Positions 50,304 to 61,697 are shown, counted from the first letter of the stretch. The stretch: 64,000 bases of DNA from an uncultured delta proteobacterium (GCA_963761335.1 CAVXGR010000005.1:224001-288000); one strand, 5' to 3'. Numbers and translations are program-made. The notes: generated from the sequence alone by a model not told the origin.

Positions 50304-50450
50304 TCTTCGGCGTTTCTCACCTCGAGGTAGGACAGAGGAAATGACGCACCAGACGTGTGCGCCGAGAGACGATGCGGCGCCTGCCCCGGCAGGGCTGCAC
50401 CAACCGAGGTTCAGGAGAGTGACAGATGTCCACTCATGTGGGTGCGGATC

Positions 50451-50585
50451 ATGGATGAACAGAAACCATCGCCGGAGCCGGGGCAGCCCGAGCCCAGCGG
50501 GTCTGTGCTTCTGGCGCGGACCCTGTTCTTCTTGATCATCTTGCCGGCCATCGTGATCTATCTCGTGAAGCTGTTCACGGGTTGA
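50451..50585 (+). CDS. Small single-TM protein (44 aa)
   Basis: MDEQKPSPEPGQPEPSGSVLLARTLFFLIILPAIVIYLVKLFTG. Confidence 0.55.
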   Translation: MDEQKPSPEPGQPEPSGSVLLARTLFFLIILPAIVIYLVKLFTG

Positions 50586-50672
50586 AGCGGCTTCGAGGCG
50601 GGCGCTCAGGCGCCCGCCCCGGGTCTTTGACGGATTCAGAGGCAAAATAAATCAATCGCAGAGGGATGGTTC

Positions 50673-52832
<2,160 letters not shown>

Positions 52833-52872
52833 GCGGCGGTGCGGGTCGCGAGCACCGCAGTGCCGCCGCCGA

Positions 52873-52956
52873 AGGTTGTTAGGTGGTTGCGTTGTTGGTT
52901 GTTGGTAAGAAGGGGGGACTGACCTAACAACCTAACAACGTAGCAGCCAACAACCC
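52873..52956. repeat. Inverted GTTGTTAG/CTAACAAC octamer repeats after hppA
   Basis: ggttgttaggtggttgcgttgttggttgttgg ... cctaacaacctaacaac..ccaacaacc. Confidence 0.7.
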
Positions 52957-53173
52957 GCCCGCAGCAAATGGGAATCCCGTTGGGCAAAGCCACCCGTTCT
53001 TGGTGTTCTCGTGGCTCTGCGCCGCGGCGCCGCCTCCTTCGCGCCTCGCCATTGCCGACCGCGGCTTGCCGGAAGCTCAGGAGTCGGGTAGCGATTTCAT
53101 TACTTTGCGGCTGAACCCGATCACCCTGATCCTGTCCTTCTCACGTCCGAGAGAAGGGGCGCGTAGCCGATGC

Positions 53174-54583
53174 GTGGTGTCGTGTGCGGCTCTCTTGTTG
53201 GTCGCTGCAACCGTTGCCGCGGCGGCGCCGGTGCGTTGGATCGCCGTCGGCGGCGGCGCGGATCCGCGCTCCACGCAGGTTTCCCTGGAGCAGGATGTGG
53301 CTCTGGCGAAAGAGACGCTGGGGCCGGGCGGAAAGCTCTTCTTCGCCGGCGGAGAGGACGCCTACGCGGTGCAGGTGTTGAACCAGACGCCACACGGCGA
53401 CGCGCTGCTGCGCGAGCTGGGTGATCTGTTCGAGCCCCGCGACGGCCGCGACGCGCACTACCGCCGCCCCGCCGTGCACACCGACGGACCGGCGACGGAC
53501 ACCGAGCTCTTCGATGCCCTGTCGGCGGCGCTGCAGGACGGCGCCGCGCCGCTCCTCGTCTATGTTGCCACGCACGGCGACGTGGGCGAGAGCCCCAGCG
53601 AGAACTCGATCCACCTGTGGGGCGACGAGGCGGTGACCGTCGGCGACCTCGCCGAGTTTCTCGCCCGGCACCGCAGCCGGCGTCCGCTGCGTTTCGTGGT
53701 CACTTCCTGCTATTCCGGCGGCTTTGCCGAGCTCGCCTTCGCCGGCGCCTCGCCCGAGAACGGCGCGGCCCCGGGGATCCGCTGCGGCCTGTTCTCCACG
53801 GAGTGGGATCGGCAGGCGAGCGGCTGTGACCCGAATCCCGATCGCGGCACGCAGCAGGGGTACGGCATCCACTTTTGGCACGCCCTGCGCGGCGAGGATC
53901 GCGATGGTCAGCCATTGCCGCCGTCGGTGCTCGACCTCGACGGCGACGGCAAGATCTCGTTGCTCGAGGCGCACACGCGGGCGCGCATCGCCTCGACCTC
54001 GATCGACATCCCGACGACGACCTCGGAGCGCTGGCTGCGCGAAGCGGTGCCCGCCGGAGGCGCCATCGAGACCATCGCCGCGGCGGCGCCGATGTCGTTT
54101 CCCGAGGAAGATGCGGTCATCGCCACGCTCGGGAGCCAGCTCTCGCTGCCCAACGAGGTCACCGCCCGGCGGCGCTTCGACCACCTTTCGGACGAGCTGC
54201 GGCAGGCCAACGACGCCGAGGCGCGCGCCGAGGACGACGAGGCGGATGCCTATGCCGACCTGCGCATCTCGCTGCTCGGCCGTTGGCCGGTGCTCGACGA
54301 TCCCTGGCATCCGGACTTCGCGAGCACGATTCGCGACCATCGCGCCGCCATCGACGCGGCGCTGCACCAGGGCACGCGCCCCGCCGTCTATCACAGTGCC
54401 CTCGACCGCCTGTCACGCGCCGGCGATGTGGCCGAGCGCGTGCTGCTCGAGTACGCCCGTGTGGCGCGCCTGGTGCGCGCCTATGAGACGCGTGCCCTCG
54501 CCAACCGCCTGCGGGCCCAGGGCGGCCCCGCATGGGAAACCTACCGCCGCCTCCTCGAGTGCGAGCGCGGAACCCCGAGGTAG
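53174..54583 (+). CDS. Exported clan CD (caspase/C13-like) cysteine peptidase-like protein; start uncertain
   Basis: YVATHG (His) and VVTSCYSGGF (Cys) dyad; EF-hand-like DLDGDGKISLLE; helical C-terminus. Confidence 0.75.
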   Translation: MVSCAALLLVAATVAAAAPVRWIAVGGGADPRSTQVSLEQDVALAKETLGPGGKLFFAGGEDAYAVQVLNQTPHGDALLRELGDLFEPRDGRDAHYRRPAVHTDGPATDTELFDALSAALQDGAAPLLVYVATHGDVGESPSENSIHLWGDEAVTVGDLAEFLARHRSRRPLRFVVTSCYSGGFAELAFAGASPENGAAPGIRCGLFSTEWDRQASGCDPNPDRGTQQGYGIHFWHALRGEDRDGQPLPPSVLDLDGDGKISLLEAHTRARIASTSIDIPTTTSERWLREAVPAGGAIETIAAAAPMSFPEEDAVIATLGSQLSLPNEVTARRRFDHLSDELRQANDAEARAEDDEADAYADLRISLLGRWPVLDDPWHPDFASTIRDHRAAIDAALHQGTRPAVYHSALDRLSRAGDVAERVLLEYARVARLVRAYETRALANRLRAQGGPAWETYRRLLECERGTPR

Positions 54584-54653
54584 AAGGGGGAGCGCGACCA
54601 GCTCGGCCGCCCTGGGAGCGCGGCCGTCCCGGCCGCAAGAGCCCTCTCAGCGG

Positions 54654-55574
54654 CTATTTCACTGCCAGAGGGTTGAGGGGTGAGCCGACGCCGCCGGTCA
54701 CCTTGAGGGGCGGCGCGCTGAAGAGAAACTCGTAGACGCCGTCGGCGGCGCAGTCGGCGGCGAGATCGCCGAGGTCGAACATCTCGCCCAGCGTCAGACC
54801 CATGTCGCGGATGCACAGCAGGTGGAGCGGCAGCGGCGTGCTGGCGTCCTCGAAGGGAATCACCTCGACGGCGTTGGTGTCGCTCGCCACGGCCGCCACC
54901 TCGCGGGCGTGCAGCCACTCGGCGCAGGCGACCCCGAGACCGGGCATCTGGCGCATGTAGCCGACGCGGTCTCCATCCTTCTTGAAGACGTCGAGGTGGC
55001 CGGTGCGAATGAGCAGGACGTCGCCGGACTCGGCGCGGACGCCGGCGGCGCGCTCGGCGGTCTCGAGATCACCGGGACCGATGACGCGGCCGGGCGGCAG
55101 TCGATCGACGCCGGCGGCGCGGGCGAGGTCGAGGAGCACGCCGCGGGAGACGATGCCGGCGCCCACCTTGTCGATGCCGTTGCGGGCCGCCCCGGCGGGC
55201 GTGATCGTCGAGGCGGGATAGCCGTTGTAGAGCTGTCCGCCGTAGTGGACGTGCGCCAGGCTGTCCCACTGGGTGGCGCACTGCAGCGGCATGACGACGA
55301 CGTCGTCGGAGTAGCGGAAGCCCTCCGGGTCGGGACCGATCTGTCCGGCCACGGCGCTCATCAGGTGCAGTGGGTTGACGCGCCCGCCCTGGCCGATCTG
55401 GGGCCCCTCGGCGCCGAAGTTGAGACCGAGGCTGAAGACGTCGCCGCGCTTCACGCGGGCGGCGCCGCGCCGCACCACCTCCGGGGTGATGAAGTTGAGA
55501 GTGCCGCGCTCGTCGTCCGCGCCCCAGCGCCCCCAGTTCGAGACCCTCTTCGCGAGAGCGCGTACCTTCTCCAT
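54654..55574 (-). CDS. Cyclase family (kynurenine formamidase-like) metal-dependent hydrolase
   Basis: SNWGRWGADDERGTLN, TQWDSLAH, GDVLLIRTG, GVGSPLNPLA. Confidence 0.9.
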   Translation of the reverse strand: MEKVRALAKRVSNWGRWGADDERGTLNFITPEVVRRGAARVKRGDVFSLGLNFGAEGPQIGQGGRVNPLHLMSAVAGQIGPDPEGFRYSDDVVVMPLQCATQWDSLAHVHYGGQLYNGYPASTITPAGAARNGIDKVGAGIVSRGVLLDLARAAGVDRLPPGRVIGPGDLETAERAAGVRAESGDVLLIRTGHLDVFKKDGDRVGYMRQMPGLGVACAEWLHAREVAAVASDTNAVEVIPFEDASTPLPLHLLCIRDMGLTLGEMFDLGDLAADCAADGVYEFLFSAPPLKVTGGVGSPLNPLAVK

Positions 55575-55590
55575 GGTTGCCGGCGCCGCC

Positions 55591-55785
55591 TCAGTCTTCG
55601 ACGATCGAGAGCGCCTGGCGCGGGCAGAGCCGCACCGCTTCCTCCACCTTGCTGCGCAGAGACTCGGGCGGTCGCTCCTGCTTGAGATGGGCCTTGTCGT
55701 CGTCCTCGACGACGAAGACCTCGGGCGCCGCCTTCTGGCACTTCGCGTTTCCCTCACACAGATCGTAATCGACCACGACTCTCAT
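55591..55785 (-). CDS. Ferredoxin ([3Fe-4S] type, P450 partner)
   Basis: CEGNAKC...APEVF...CPRQA. Confidence 0.93.
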   Translation of the reverse strand: MRVVVDYDLCEGNAKCQKAAPEVFVVEDDDKAHLKQERPPESLRSKVEEAVRLCPRQALSIVED

Positions 55786-55839
55786 AGAAGCCCTCTCTCG
55801 AATGGAAGTGGCCTAAATTTGCGCGTGCGGAGCCCGGCG

Positions 55840-57051
55840 TCAACCCGCCGCCGGCGTGAAGCGCACCGGCATCCGCTTGATTCCGGCGATGAAGTTGGAG
55901 CGCAGGCGCGCCACCGGCCCGGCCAGCTCGATGTCGGGGAGACGGCGCAGCAGCTCCGCGAACATGAGGCGGATCTCCAGGCGCGCCAGATTGGAGCCGA
56001 GGCAGAAGTGCTCGCCGATGCCGAAGGCGAGGTGGTTGTTGGGCGTGCGGCCGACGTCGAAGTGGTCGGGTGCCGCGAAGACGTCCTCGTCGCGGTTGGC
56101 GGAGATGTAGTAGATCACCACCTTGTCGCCCTCGCGGATCCGGTGGCCGCGCAGCTCGGTGTCGCGGGTCGCGGTGCGGCGGAAGTGGGTCACCGGGGAA
56201 ACCCAGCGCAGCATTTCCTCGACGGTGGTGTCGATGAGCGACGGATCGGCGAGCAGGCGGGCGCGCTGCTCGGGGTGCTCGATGAGCGCCAGCATACCGC
56301 CGGAGATGAGGTTGCGGGTGGTTTCGTTGCCGGCCACGGCGAGCAGCAGGAAGAAGAGGTCGAACTCGAGCTCGCTGAGCTGCTGGCCGTCCACCTCGCC
56401 GTTCATCAGCACGCTCACCAGGTCGTCGCCGGGGTGCTGGCGCCGCTCGATGGCGAGCTGGTTGGCGTAGACGTACATCTCGGTGGCGGCGATCTTGCCG
56501 TCCTCCAACGAGGTCTGGAACTCCGGGTCGTCGAAGCCGATCAGCCGATTGCTCCACTCGAACAGCTTGTGCCGATCCTCCAGCGGGATTCCCATCATCT
56601 CGGCGATGACCTGCAGCGGCAGCTCGCAGGCGATGTCGGCGACGAAGTCGCACTCGCCGCGCGCCGCCACCTTGTCGACGATGAGGCGCGCCTGCTCGCG
56701 AATGCGGGGCTCGAGGCGGCTGATCATGCGCGGCGTGAAGCCGCGGCTCACCAGCGAGCGCAGCTTGGTGTGCTTCGGCGGGTCCTGATTGAGCATCATC
56801 AGCTGCATCTGTTGCAGGTCCTCCTCCGCCGGCTCGAAGAGGAAGGTCGCCCGGCGCTCGGAGGAGAAGGTGCGGGGATCGCGAGACACGGTGATGACGT
56901 CGGCGTGCTTGGTGACCGCCCAGAAGCCGGGTCCCTGCGGGTCGGGATGCCAGAACACCGGCGCCTCGGCGCGCAGGCGCGCGAAGGCGGCGTGCGGCAC
57001 GCCCTTCTCCCAGAGGTCCTGGCTGTAGAGATCGATGTCGGACAGGCTCAT
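55840..57051 (-). CDS. Cytochrome P450 (CYP125/CYP142-like)
   Basis: DPPKHT, AGNETTRN, EEMLRW, FRRTAT, FGIGEHFCLG. Confidence 0.95.
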   Translation of the reverse strand: MSLSDIDLYSQDLWEKGVPHAAFARLRAEAPVFWHPDPQGPGFWAVTKHADVITVSRDPRTFSSERRATFLFEPAEEDLQQMQLMMLNQDPPKHTKLRSLVSRGFTPRMISRLEPRIREQARLIVDKVAARGECDFVADIACELPLQVIAEMMGIPLEDRHKLFEWSNRLIGFDDPEFQTSLEDGKIAATEMYVYANQLAIERRQHPGDDLVSVLMNGEVDGQQLSELEFDLFFLLLAVAGNETTRNLISGGMLALIEHPEQRARLLADPSLIDTTVEEMLRWVSPVTHFRRTATRDTELRGHRIREGDKVVIYYISANRDEDVFAAPDHFDVGRTPNNHLAFGIGEHFCLGSNLARLEIRLMFAELLRRLPDIELAGPVARLRSNFIAGIKRMPVRFTPAAG

Positions 57052-57093
57052 GGTCGGATCTCCCGCAGTGCGGCCCGCGGCGTTGCCGCCGGC

Positions 57094-57771
57094 TCAGCGC
57101 CTGCGCACGGCGCGCGGCCGCGCTCGGCCGGCGCCGAGAAGCTCCGCCACGGCGGTCTTGAGGAAGCGGCGTTGCCGTTGCAGCGCTGCGGGATCGAGGG
57201 GATCGCCCTGCATCACCGTCTGCAGGAGCTTGGCGTTGGCGAAGTAGCCGAAGATCAGCAGGTAGAGGCCGGCGGCGAGGTGCGGCAGCTCCTCCGCCGT
57301 CCACGGCCCGCCGCTGCTGGCCAGCACCTGCACGCCTTCGGCGTAGACGGGCCGCAGGAGCCGGGTGATGGTGCTGCGCAGGTAGCGGCTGTCGTCGAGC
57401 GCGGCGCGCTGGATCAGCCGCGGCAGCTGCGGATGCTCGACCAGGTAATCGAACATGCGGTCGAGGAAGTGATCGACGACGCCCGCCTCGACGGCGGCGC
57501 CGCTCCCCTTCTCGGCATCGACGCGGGCGCTCTCCGCCACCAGCTCGAGAACCGGATCGAGGCCGCGCGCTAGCGCCGCCTCGTAGAGCGCCCGCTTGTT
57601 GCGGAAATGGTTGTAGAGGCTGGCCTGGTTCTTCAGCCCCGCCTCGGCGGCGATGCCGCGCACCGAGACCCCGGCGAAGCCGCTCTCCGCGAAGCGCCGC
57701 TCCGCGGCGTCGAGGATCAGATCCCGCGTCGACCGCGCCTCGGCCTTGCGCGCCGCGCCGCTGCCAGCCAT
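57094..57771 (-). CDS. TetR/AcrR family regulator
   Basis: ILDAAERRFAESGFAGVSVRGIA..SLYNHFRNK. Confidence 0.93.
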   Translation of the reverse strand: MAGSGAARKAEARSTRDLILDAAERRFAESGFAGVSVRGIAAEAGLKNQASLYNHFRNKRALYEAALARGLDPVLELVAESARVDAEKGSGAAVEAGVVDHFLDRMFDYLVEHPQLPRLIQRAALDDSRYLRSTITRLLRPVYAEGVQVLASSGGPWTAEELPHLAAGLYLLIFGYFANAKLLQTVMQGDPLDPAALQRQRRFLKTAVAELLGAGRARPRAVRRR

Positions 57772-57776
57772 GCGCC

Positions 57777-57805
57777 CTGTTACAAAACAAACGTTTGTTC
57801 GTCAA
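57777..57805 (-). promoter_or_regulatory. Promoter (-35 TTGACG) overlapped by operator AACAAACGTTTGTT (57786-57799)
   Basis: Same palindrome and same position relative to the -35 as at 20138-20157. Confidence 0.8.
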
Positions 57806-58008
57806 GCCGCCAAGGCGAACCGCAGAGGCGCCGAGGGTGCAGAGAAAGGACACCGCCACGATCCGTTACCGGCGTCCCTTCGCCTGGGGCGTTGCCCCAG
57901 GCTGTTGAATTGCGCCCATTCGGGGCTGGAGTGGTCCGAATCTCCCTCGGCGTCCTTGGCGAGCTTCTCCTCTGCGCCCTCGGCGCCTTGGCGGTTCGCC
58001 TTGGCGGC
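57806..58008. repeat. Inverted-repeat intergenic element (aaccgcagaggcgc family)
   Basis: gccgccaaggcgaaccgcagaggcgccgagggtgcagag ... ctctgcgccctcggcgccttggcggttcgccttggcggc. Confidence 0.8.
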
Positions 58009-58094
58009 TCTTTGCACCGGTTCTGCACGATCTCTCTGCTGGAATTCCTCGCCGCGGCTCTGCAGTCGTCAAACTCGTATGCTCTTCTGGGGGC

Positions 58095-59924
58095 ATGAAA
58101 GATCAGCTCTCCGCCGCGACCCGTCTGGCTCCGGATGTCTCGCCGCCGCTGCCGGCTCTCGAATATCTGCGGGGGCCGGAGGACGTCAGGCGGCTGTCGC
58201 CGGCGCAGCTGCAGAGGCTCGCCGAGGAGATGCGCGAGTTTCTCATCGACGCGGTCACCCGCATCGGCGGGCACCTCGGGGCCGGGCTCGGCGTCGTCGA
58301 GCTGACCATCGCGCTGTTCGCCGAGCTCGATCTGAACGATGGCGACAAGCTGGTGTGGGACGTCGGCCACCAGTGCTATCCGCACAAGCTGCTCACCGGG
58401 CGGGCTCGCGGTTTCGAGTCGCTGCGCCGCCGCGGCGGCATGTCGGGCTTTCCGGATCCGCGCGAGTCGAGCTGGGACACGGTGAAGACCGGGCACGGGG
58501 GCACCAGCATCTCCACCGCCGCCGGCTTCGCCCTCGCCTGGAAGCACGCCGGAGCAGACCCGGAACGGCGCGCCGTGGCGGTGATCGGCGACGGCGCCCT
58601 GCAGGAAGGCAGCGCCTACGAGGCGCTGCATCACGCCGGCAGCATTGCCGACCTGCCGCTGATCGTCGTCCTCAACGACAACGGCATGTCGATCAGCCCC
58701 AGCGCCGGGGCTCTTCCCGGCCTTCTCGATCGGCAGGGCCGCTCGGGCGGCGACAACTTCTTCGAGCAGCTCGGCTTCCGCTACTGCGGTCCGTTCGACG
58801 GTCACGACATCGAGGCCGTGCGCCGGGCGCTGCGCACCGCCCGCTGCGAGCCGGGGCCGGTGGTGCTGCACCTGCTGACTCGCAAGGGACGCGGCTACCG
58901 CGACGGCGAGCCCGAGCACACCTGCTATCACGCCGTCTCCGCCGCGGGCGGTGGCGCTGTCGAGTATCCGCAGCAGGGCGGGCCGAGCTTCACTGCGGCG
59001 TTTGCCGACGCCGCCATCGCCATGGCGGAGGAGGATCCGCGCCTGGTGGTGGTCACCGCGGCGATGCTCGAAGGGACCGGGCTGGTGAAGTTCCAGCGGC
59101 GCTTCCCGGATCGCTGCCACGACGTCGGCATGGCGGAGCAGCACGCCGTGGCGCTGGCGGCCGGCTTGGCGCTCGCCGGCCGGCGGCCGATCTGCGCCAT
59201 CTACTCGACCTTCCTGCAGCGCGCCTACGACCAGGTGTTCCAGGAGGTGGCGCTGCAGCGCGCCCGGGTTCTCTTCTGTCTCGACCGCGGCGGCCTGGTG
59301 GGCTCCGACGGCGCCACTCACAACGGCGTCTTCGACGTCGGCTATCTCCGCTGCCTGCCGAACCTGGCGCTGATGGCGCCGCGCGACATCGGCGAGCTGG
59401 CGCAGATGATGCGCCTCGCCTGGGAATGGGATGGACCGGTGGCCATCCGTTTCCCGCGCGGCAGCGGCGCGCGGCCGGAGTGGCAGCTGCCGCATGCGCC
59501 GCTCACCTTCGGCCGCGCCGAGCGCGTCGCCCCGGGGGAGGACGGGTGCATCCTCGCCTACGGGGCGATGACCTATGCGGCCCTGGAAGTACGGCGGCGC
59601 CTGCTCGCCGAGAGCGGCGTGCGGCTGGCCGTGGTCAACGCGCGCTTCGCCAAGCCTCTCGACGAGGACCTGATCGCCGAGGAGCTACAGCGGCAGCCGG
59701 TGGTCTTCACCCTCGAGGATCACGCCCTCAGCTGCGGCTTCGGCGCCGCCGTCGCCGAGCTGGCGCACACCCGCCTGTCGGGGCAGATGGACAGCGGCCG
59801 CCTCTGCCTCCTCGGTATTCCCGATCGCTTCTTCGACCACGCCGAGCGCGCCGAGCAGCTCGAGGAGGCCGAGCTTGGTGTCGATCAGATCAAGGGGCGG
59901 GTTGTTAGGTTGTTAGGTTGTTAG
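58095..59924 (+). CDS. dxs: 1-deoxy-D-xylulose-5-phosphate synthase
   Basis: GGHLGAGLGVVEL, WDVGHQCYPHK, GDGA..NDN TPP motif, AEQHA, YSTFLQRAYDQ, DGATH, NARFAKPLD. Confidence 0.93.
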   Translation: MKDQLSAATRLAPDVSPPLPALEYLRGPEDVRRLSPAQLQRLAEEMREFLIDAVTRIGGHLGAGLGVVELTIALFAELDLNDGDKLVWDVGHQCYPHKLLTGRARGFESLRRRGGMSGFPDPRESSWDTVKTGHGGTSISTAAGFALAWKHAGADPERRAVAVIGDGALQEGSAYEALHHAGSIADLPLIVVLNDNGMSISPSAGALPGLLDRQGRSGGDNFFEQLGFRYCGPFDGHDIEAVRRALRTARCEPGPVVLHLLTRKGRGYRDGEPEHTCYHAVSAAGGGAVEYPQQGGPSFTAAFADAAIAMAEEDPRLVVVTAAMLEGTGLVKFQRRFPDRCHDVGMAEQHAVALAAGLALAGRRPICAIYSTFLQRAYDQVFQEVALQRARVLFCLDRGGLVGSDGATHNGVFDVGYLRCLPNLALMAPRDIGELAQMMRLAWEWDGPVAIRFPRGSGARPEWQLPHAPLTFGRAERVAPGEDGCILAYGAMTYAALEVRRRLLAESGVRLAVVNARFAKPLDEDLIAEELQRQPVVFTLEDHALSCGFGAAVAELAHTRLSGQMDSGRLCLLGIPDRFFDHAERAEQLEEAELGVDQIKGRVVRLLGC

Positions 59925-60076
59925 GTTGTTAGGTTGTTAGGTTGTTAGGTTGTTAGGTTGTTAGGTTGTTAGGTTGTTAGGTTGTTAGGTTGTTAGGTTG
60001 TTAGGTTGTTAGGTTGTTAGGTTGTTAGGTTGTTAGGTTGTTAGGTTGTTAGGTTGTTAGGTTGTTAGGTTGTCAG
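59901..60076 (+). repeat. Octanucleotide microsatellite (GTTGTTAG)21 plus one variant unit
   Basis: Perfect from 59901 to 60068; includes the dxs stop codon; inverted units at about 60105-60137. Confidence 0.97.
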
Positions 60077-60147
60077 CTCAGTCGTTGAAGAGGGTTCATC
60101 CGTACCTAACAACCAACAACTCAACAACTTAACAACCTGCCCTCAAG

Positions 60148-60167
60148 AACAATCAGGCTTGACTGTT
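60148..60167. promoter_or_regulatory. Candidate TetR operator
   Basis: Imperfect palindrome AACAATCAGGCTTGACTGTT overlapping TTGACT, about 27 nt before the TetR ATG. Confidence 0.55.
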
Positions 60168-60193
60168 TGTTTGTGATTCGCTAGCTTCACCGG

Positions 60194-60829
60194 ATGCCGA
60201 TCGCAGCAGCGGTGAGGGCGCGGCGCACCCAGGCGGAGCGCAGCGCGGCAATGCAGGCGCGCCTGCTCGACGCGGCGCTCGACTGTCTGGTCGAGCACGG
60301 CTACGCCGGCACCACCACCACCCTGGTCGCCGAGCGCGCCGGGGTATCCCGCGGCGCCCAGCTGCACCACTACCCGACGCGCGCCGCGCTGGTCTCCGCC
60401 GCCATCGAGCACCTCTTTGCCCGGATGACCGAGGAGTACGTCGACGGCTTCGCCCGCCTCGCCCCGGGCGCCGACCGCCTGCGCGCCGCCGTCGACATGC
60501 TCTGGTCGATGTACGCCAGGCCGCCCTACGCCGCCGTCCTCGACCTCTACATCGCGGCGCGCACCGACGCCGAGCTGCGCGCCCATCTGAAGCCGATCGC
60601 CGAACGCCATCAGGAGAACGTCTTCCGCCTGGCGCGCCGCTACTTTCCCGAGGCGGCGCGCCACAATCCCGATTTCGACGTCACCCTGGAGCTGGTTCTC
60701 GACGCCATGCAGGGCATGGCGGTGTCGCGCTTCGTGCACGGGCGCGCCGCCGCCGGGGCTCGACGCCTGGAGGCCGTGCAGCAGATCGCCGCCCGCGCCC
60801 TGCGTTTCCGTGTTCCCGGGAGGAAGTGA
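60194..60829 (+). CDS. TetR/AcrR family regulator
   Basis: RRTQAERS, GYAGTTT, AGVSRGAQLHHYPT. Confidence 0.93.
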   Translation: MPIAAAVRARRTQAERSAAMQARLLDAALDCLVEHGYAGTTTTLVAERAGVSRGAQLHHYPTRAALVSAAIEHLFARMTEEYVDGFARLAPGADRLRAAVDMLWSMYARPPYAAVLDLYIAARTDAELRAHLKPIAERHQENVFRLARRYFPEAARHNPDFDVTLELVLDAMQGMAVSRFVHGRAAAGARRLEAVQQIAARALRFRVPGRK

Positions 60830-60833
60830 AGCG

Positions 60834-61697
60834 ATGCCCGACCTGACCATCTATGCCATCCCGGCGTTCTTCGCCCTGATGATCGCCGAGGGAGTGCTCG
60901 CCGGCGCCACCGCCATGCGCGGCTACGAGTCCCGCGACACCGCCGCCAGCCTCGCCATGGGCGTCGGCAACGTGCTCATCGACCTGCTGATGAAGGGCGT
61001 TCACCTGGCGTTGCTCTTCTGGGTGGCGCAGCACGCCGTGCTTCACCTCGGGCACGCGTGGTGGTCGTGGGTGCTGCTGCTGGTCGCCGGCGACCTGGTC
61101 TACTACTGGTTTCACCGCCTGCACCACGAGGTGCGCTTTCTGTGGGCGGCGCACGTGAATCATCACTCCAGCCAGCGCTACAACCTGTCGACGGCGCTGC
61201 GGCAGTCGTGGACCACGCCCTTCACCATCATGCTCTTCTGGTGGCCGCTCGCCCTCATCGGCTTCGACCCGCTGATGATCATGGCGGCCATCGCCATCAA
61301 CACCGTCTACCAGTTCTGGATCCACACCGAGGCCATCGGCCGGCTGGGCGTGCTCGAATGGGTGCTCAACACCCCGTCGCATCACCGCGTCCACCACGGC
61401 GCCAACGTCGAGTACCTGGACCGCAACTACGGCGGCATGTTCATCGTCTGGGACTTTCTCTTCGCCAGCTTCGAGCCGGAGCGGGCCCGGGTGCGCTACG
61501 GGCTCACCAAGAACATCGACACCTTCAACCCGGTGAAGATCGCTTTCCACGAGTGGATCGCCATGCTCGGCGACGCCTGGCGCGCCGATTCCTGGCGCGA
61601 CCGCATGGCGCATCTGCTCCAGCCCCCCGGCTGGAGCCCCGACGGCTCAACGCTCACCGCCCGCGAAATGCAGGCCGCCCCTACCGCTGCCGGGTGA
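60834..61697 (+). CDS. Sterol desaturase/fatty acid hydroxylase family protein (alkylglycerol monooxygenase-like)
   Basis: His boxes HRLHH, HVNHHSS, WIHTE, HHRVHH; YNLSTALRQ. Confidence 0.92.
   Translation: MPDLTIYAIPAFFALMIAEGVLAGATAMRGYESRDTAASLAMGVGNVLIDLLMKGVHLALLFWVAQHAVLHLGHAWWSWVLLLVAGDLVYYWFHRLHHEVRFLWAAHVNHHSSQRYNLSTALRQSWTTPFTIMLFWWPLALIGFDPLMIMAAIAINTVYQFWIHTEAIGRLGVLEWVLNTPSHHRVHHGANVEYLDRNYGGMFIVWDFLFASFEPERARVRYGLTKNIDTFNPVKIAFHEWIAMLGDAWRADSWRDRMAHLLQPPGWSPDGSTLTAREMQAAPTAAG

Noticed and set aside
50300..50672. Fluoride or Na+ riboswitch upstream of hppA
   Set aside because: No recognisable consensus was found by eye.
52960..53022. Resemblance to a c-di-GMP-I riboswitch (GCAAA...GGCAAAGCCAC...GTGGCT)
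   Set aside because: Lacks the GNRA tetraloop and receptor and the GACGCAAA junction; an Rfam RF01051 search would be needed.
59901..60068. Telomere-like or eukaryotic contaminant repeat
   Set aside because: The same octamer occurs in degenerate inverted form elsewhere in the window, and both flanks are continuous bacterial genes.
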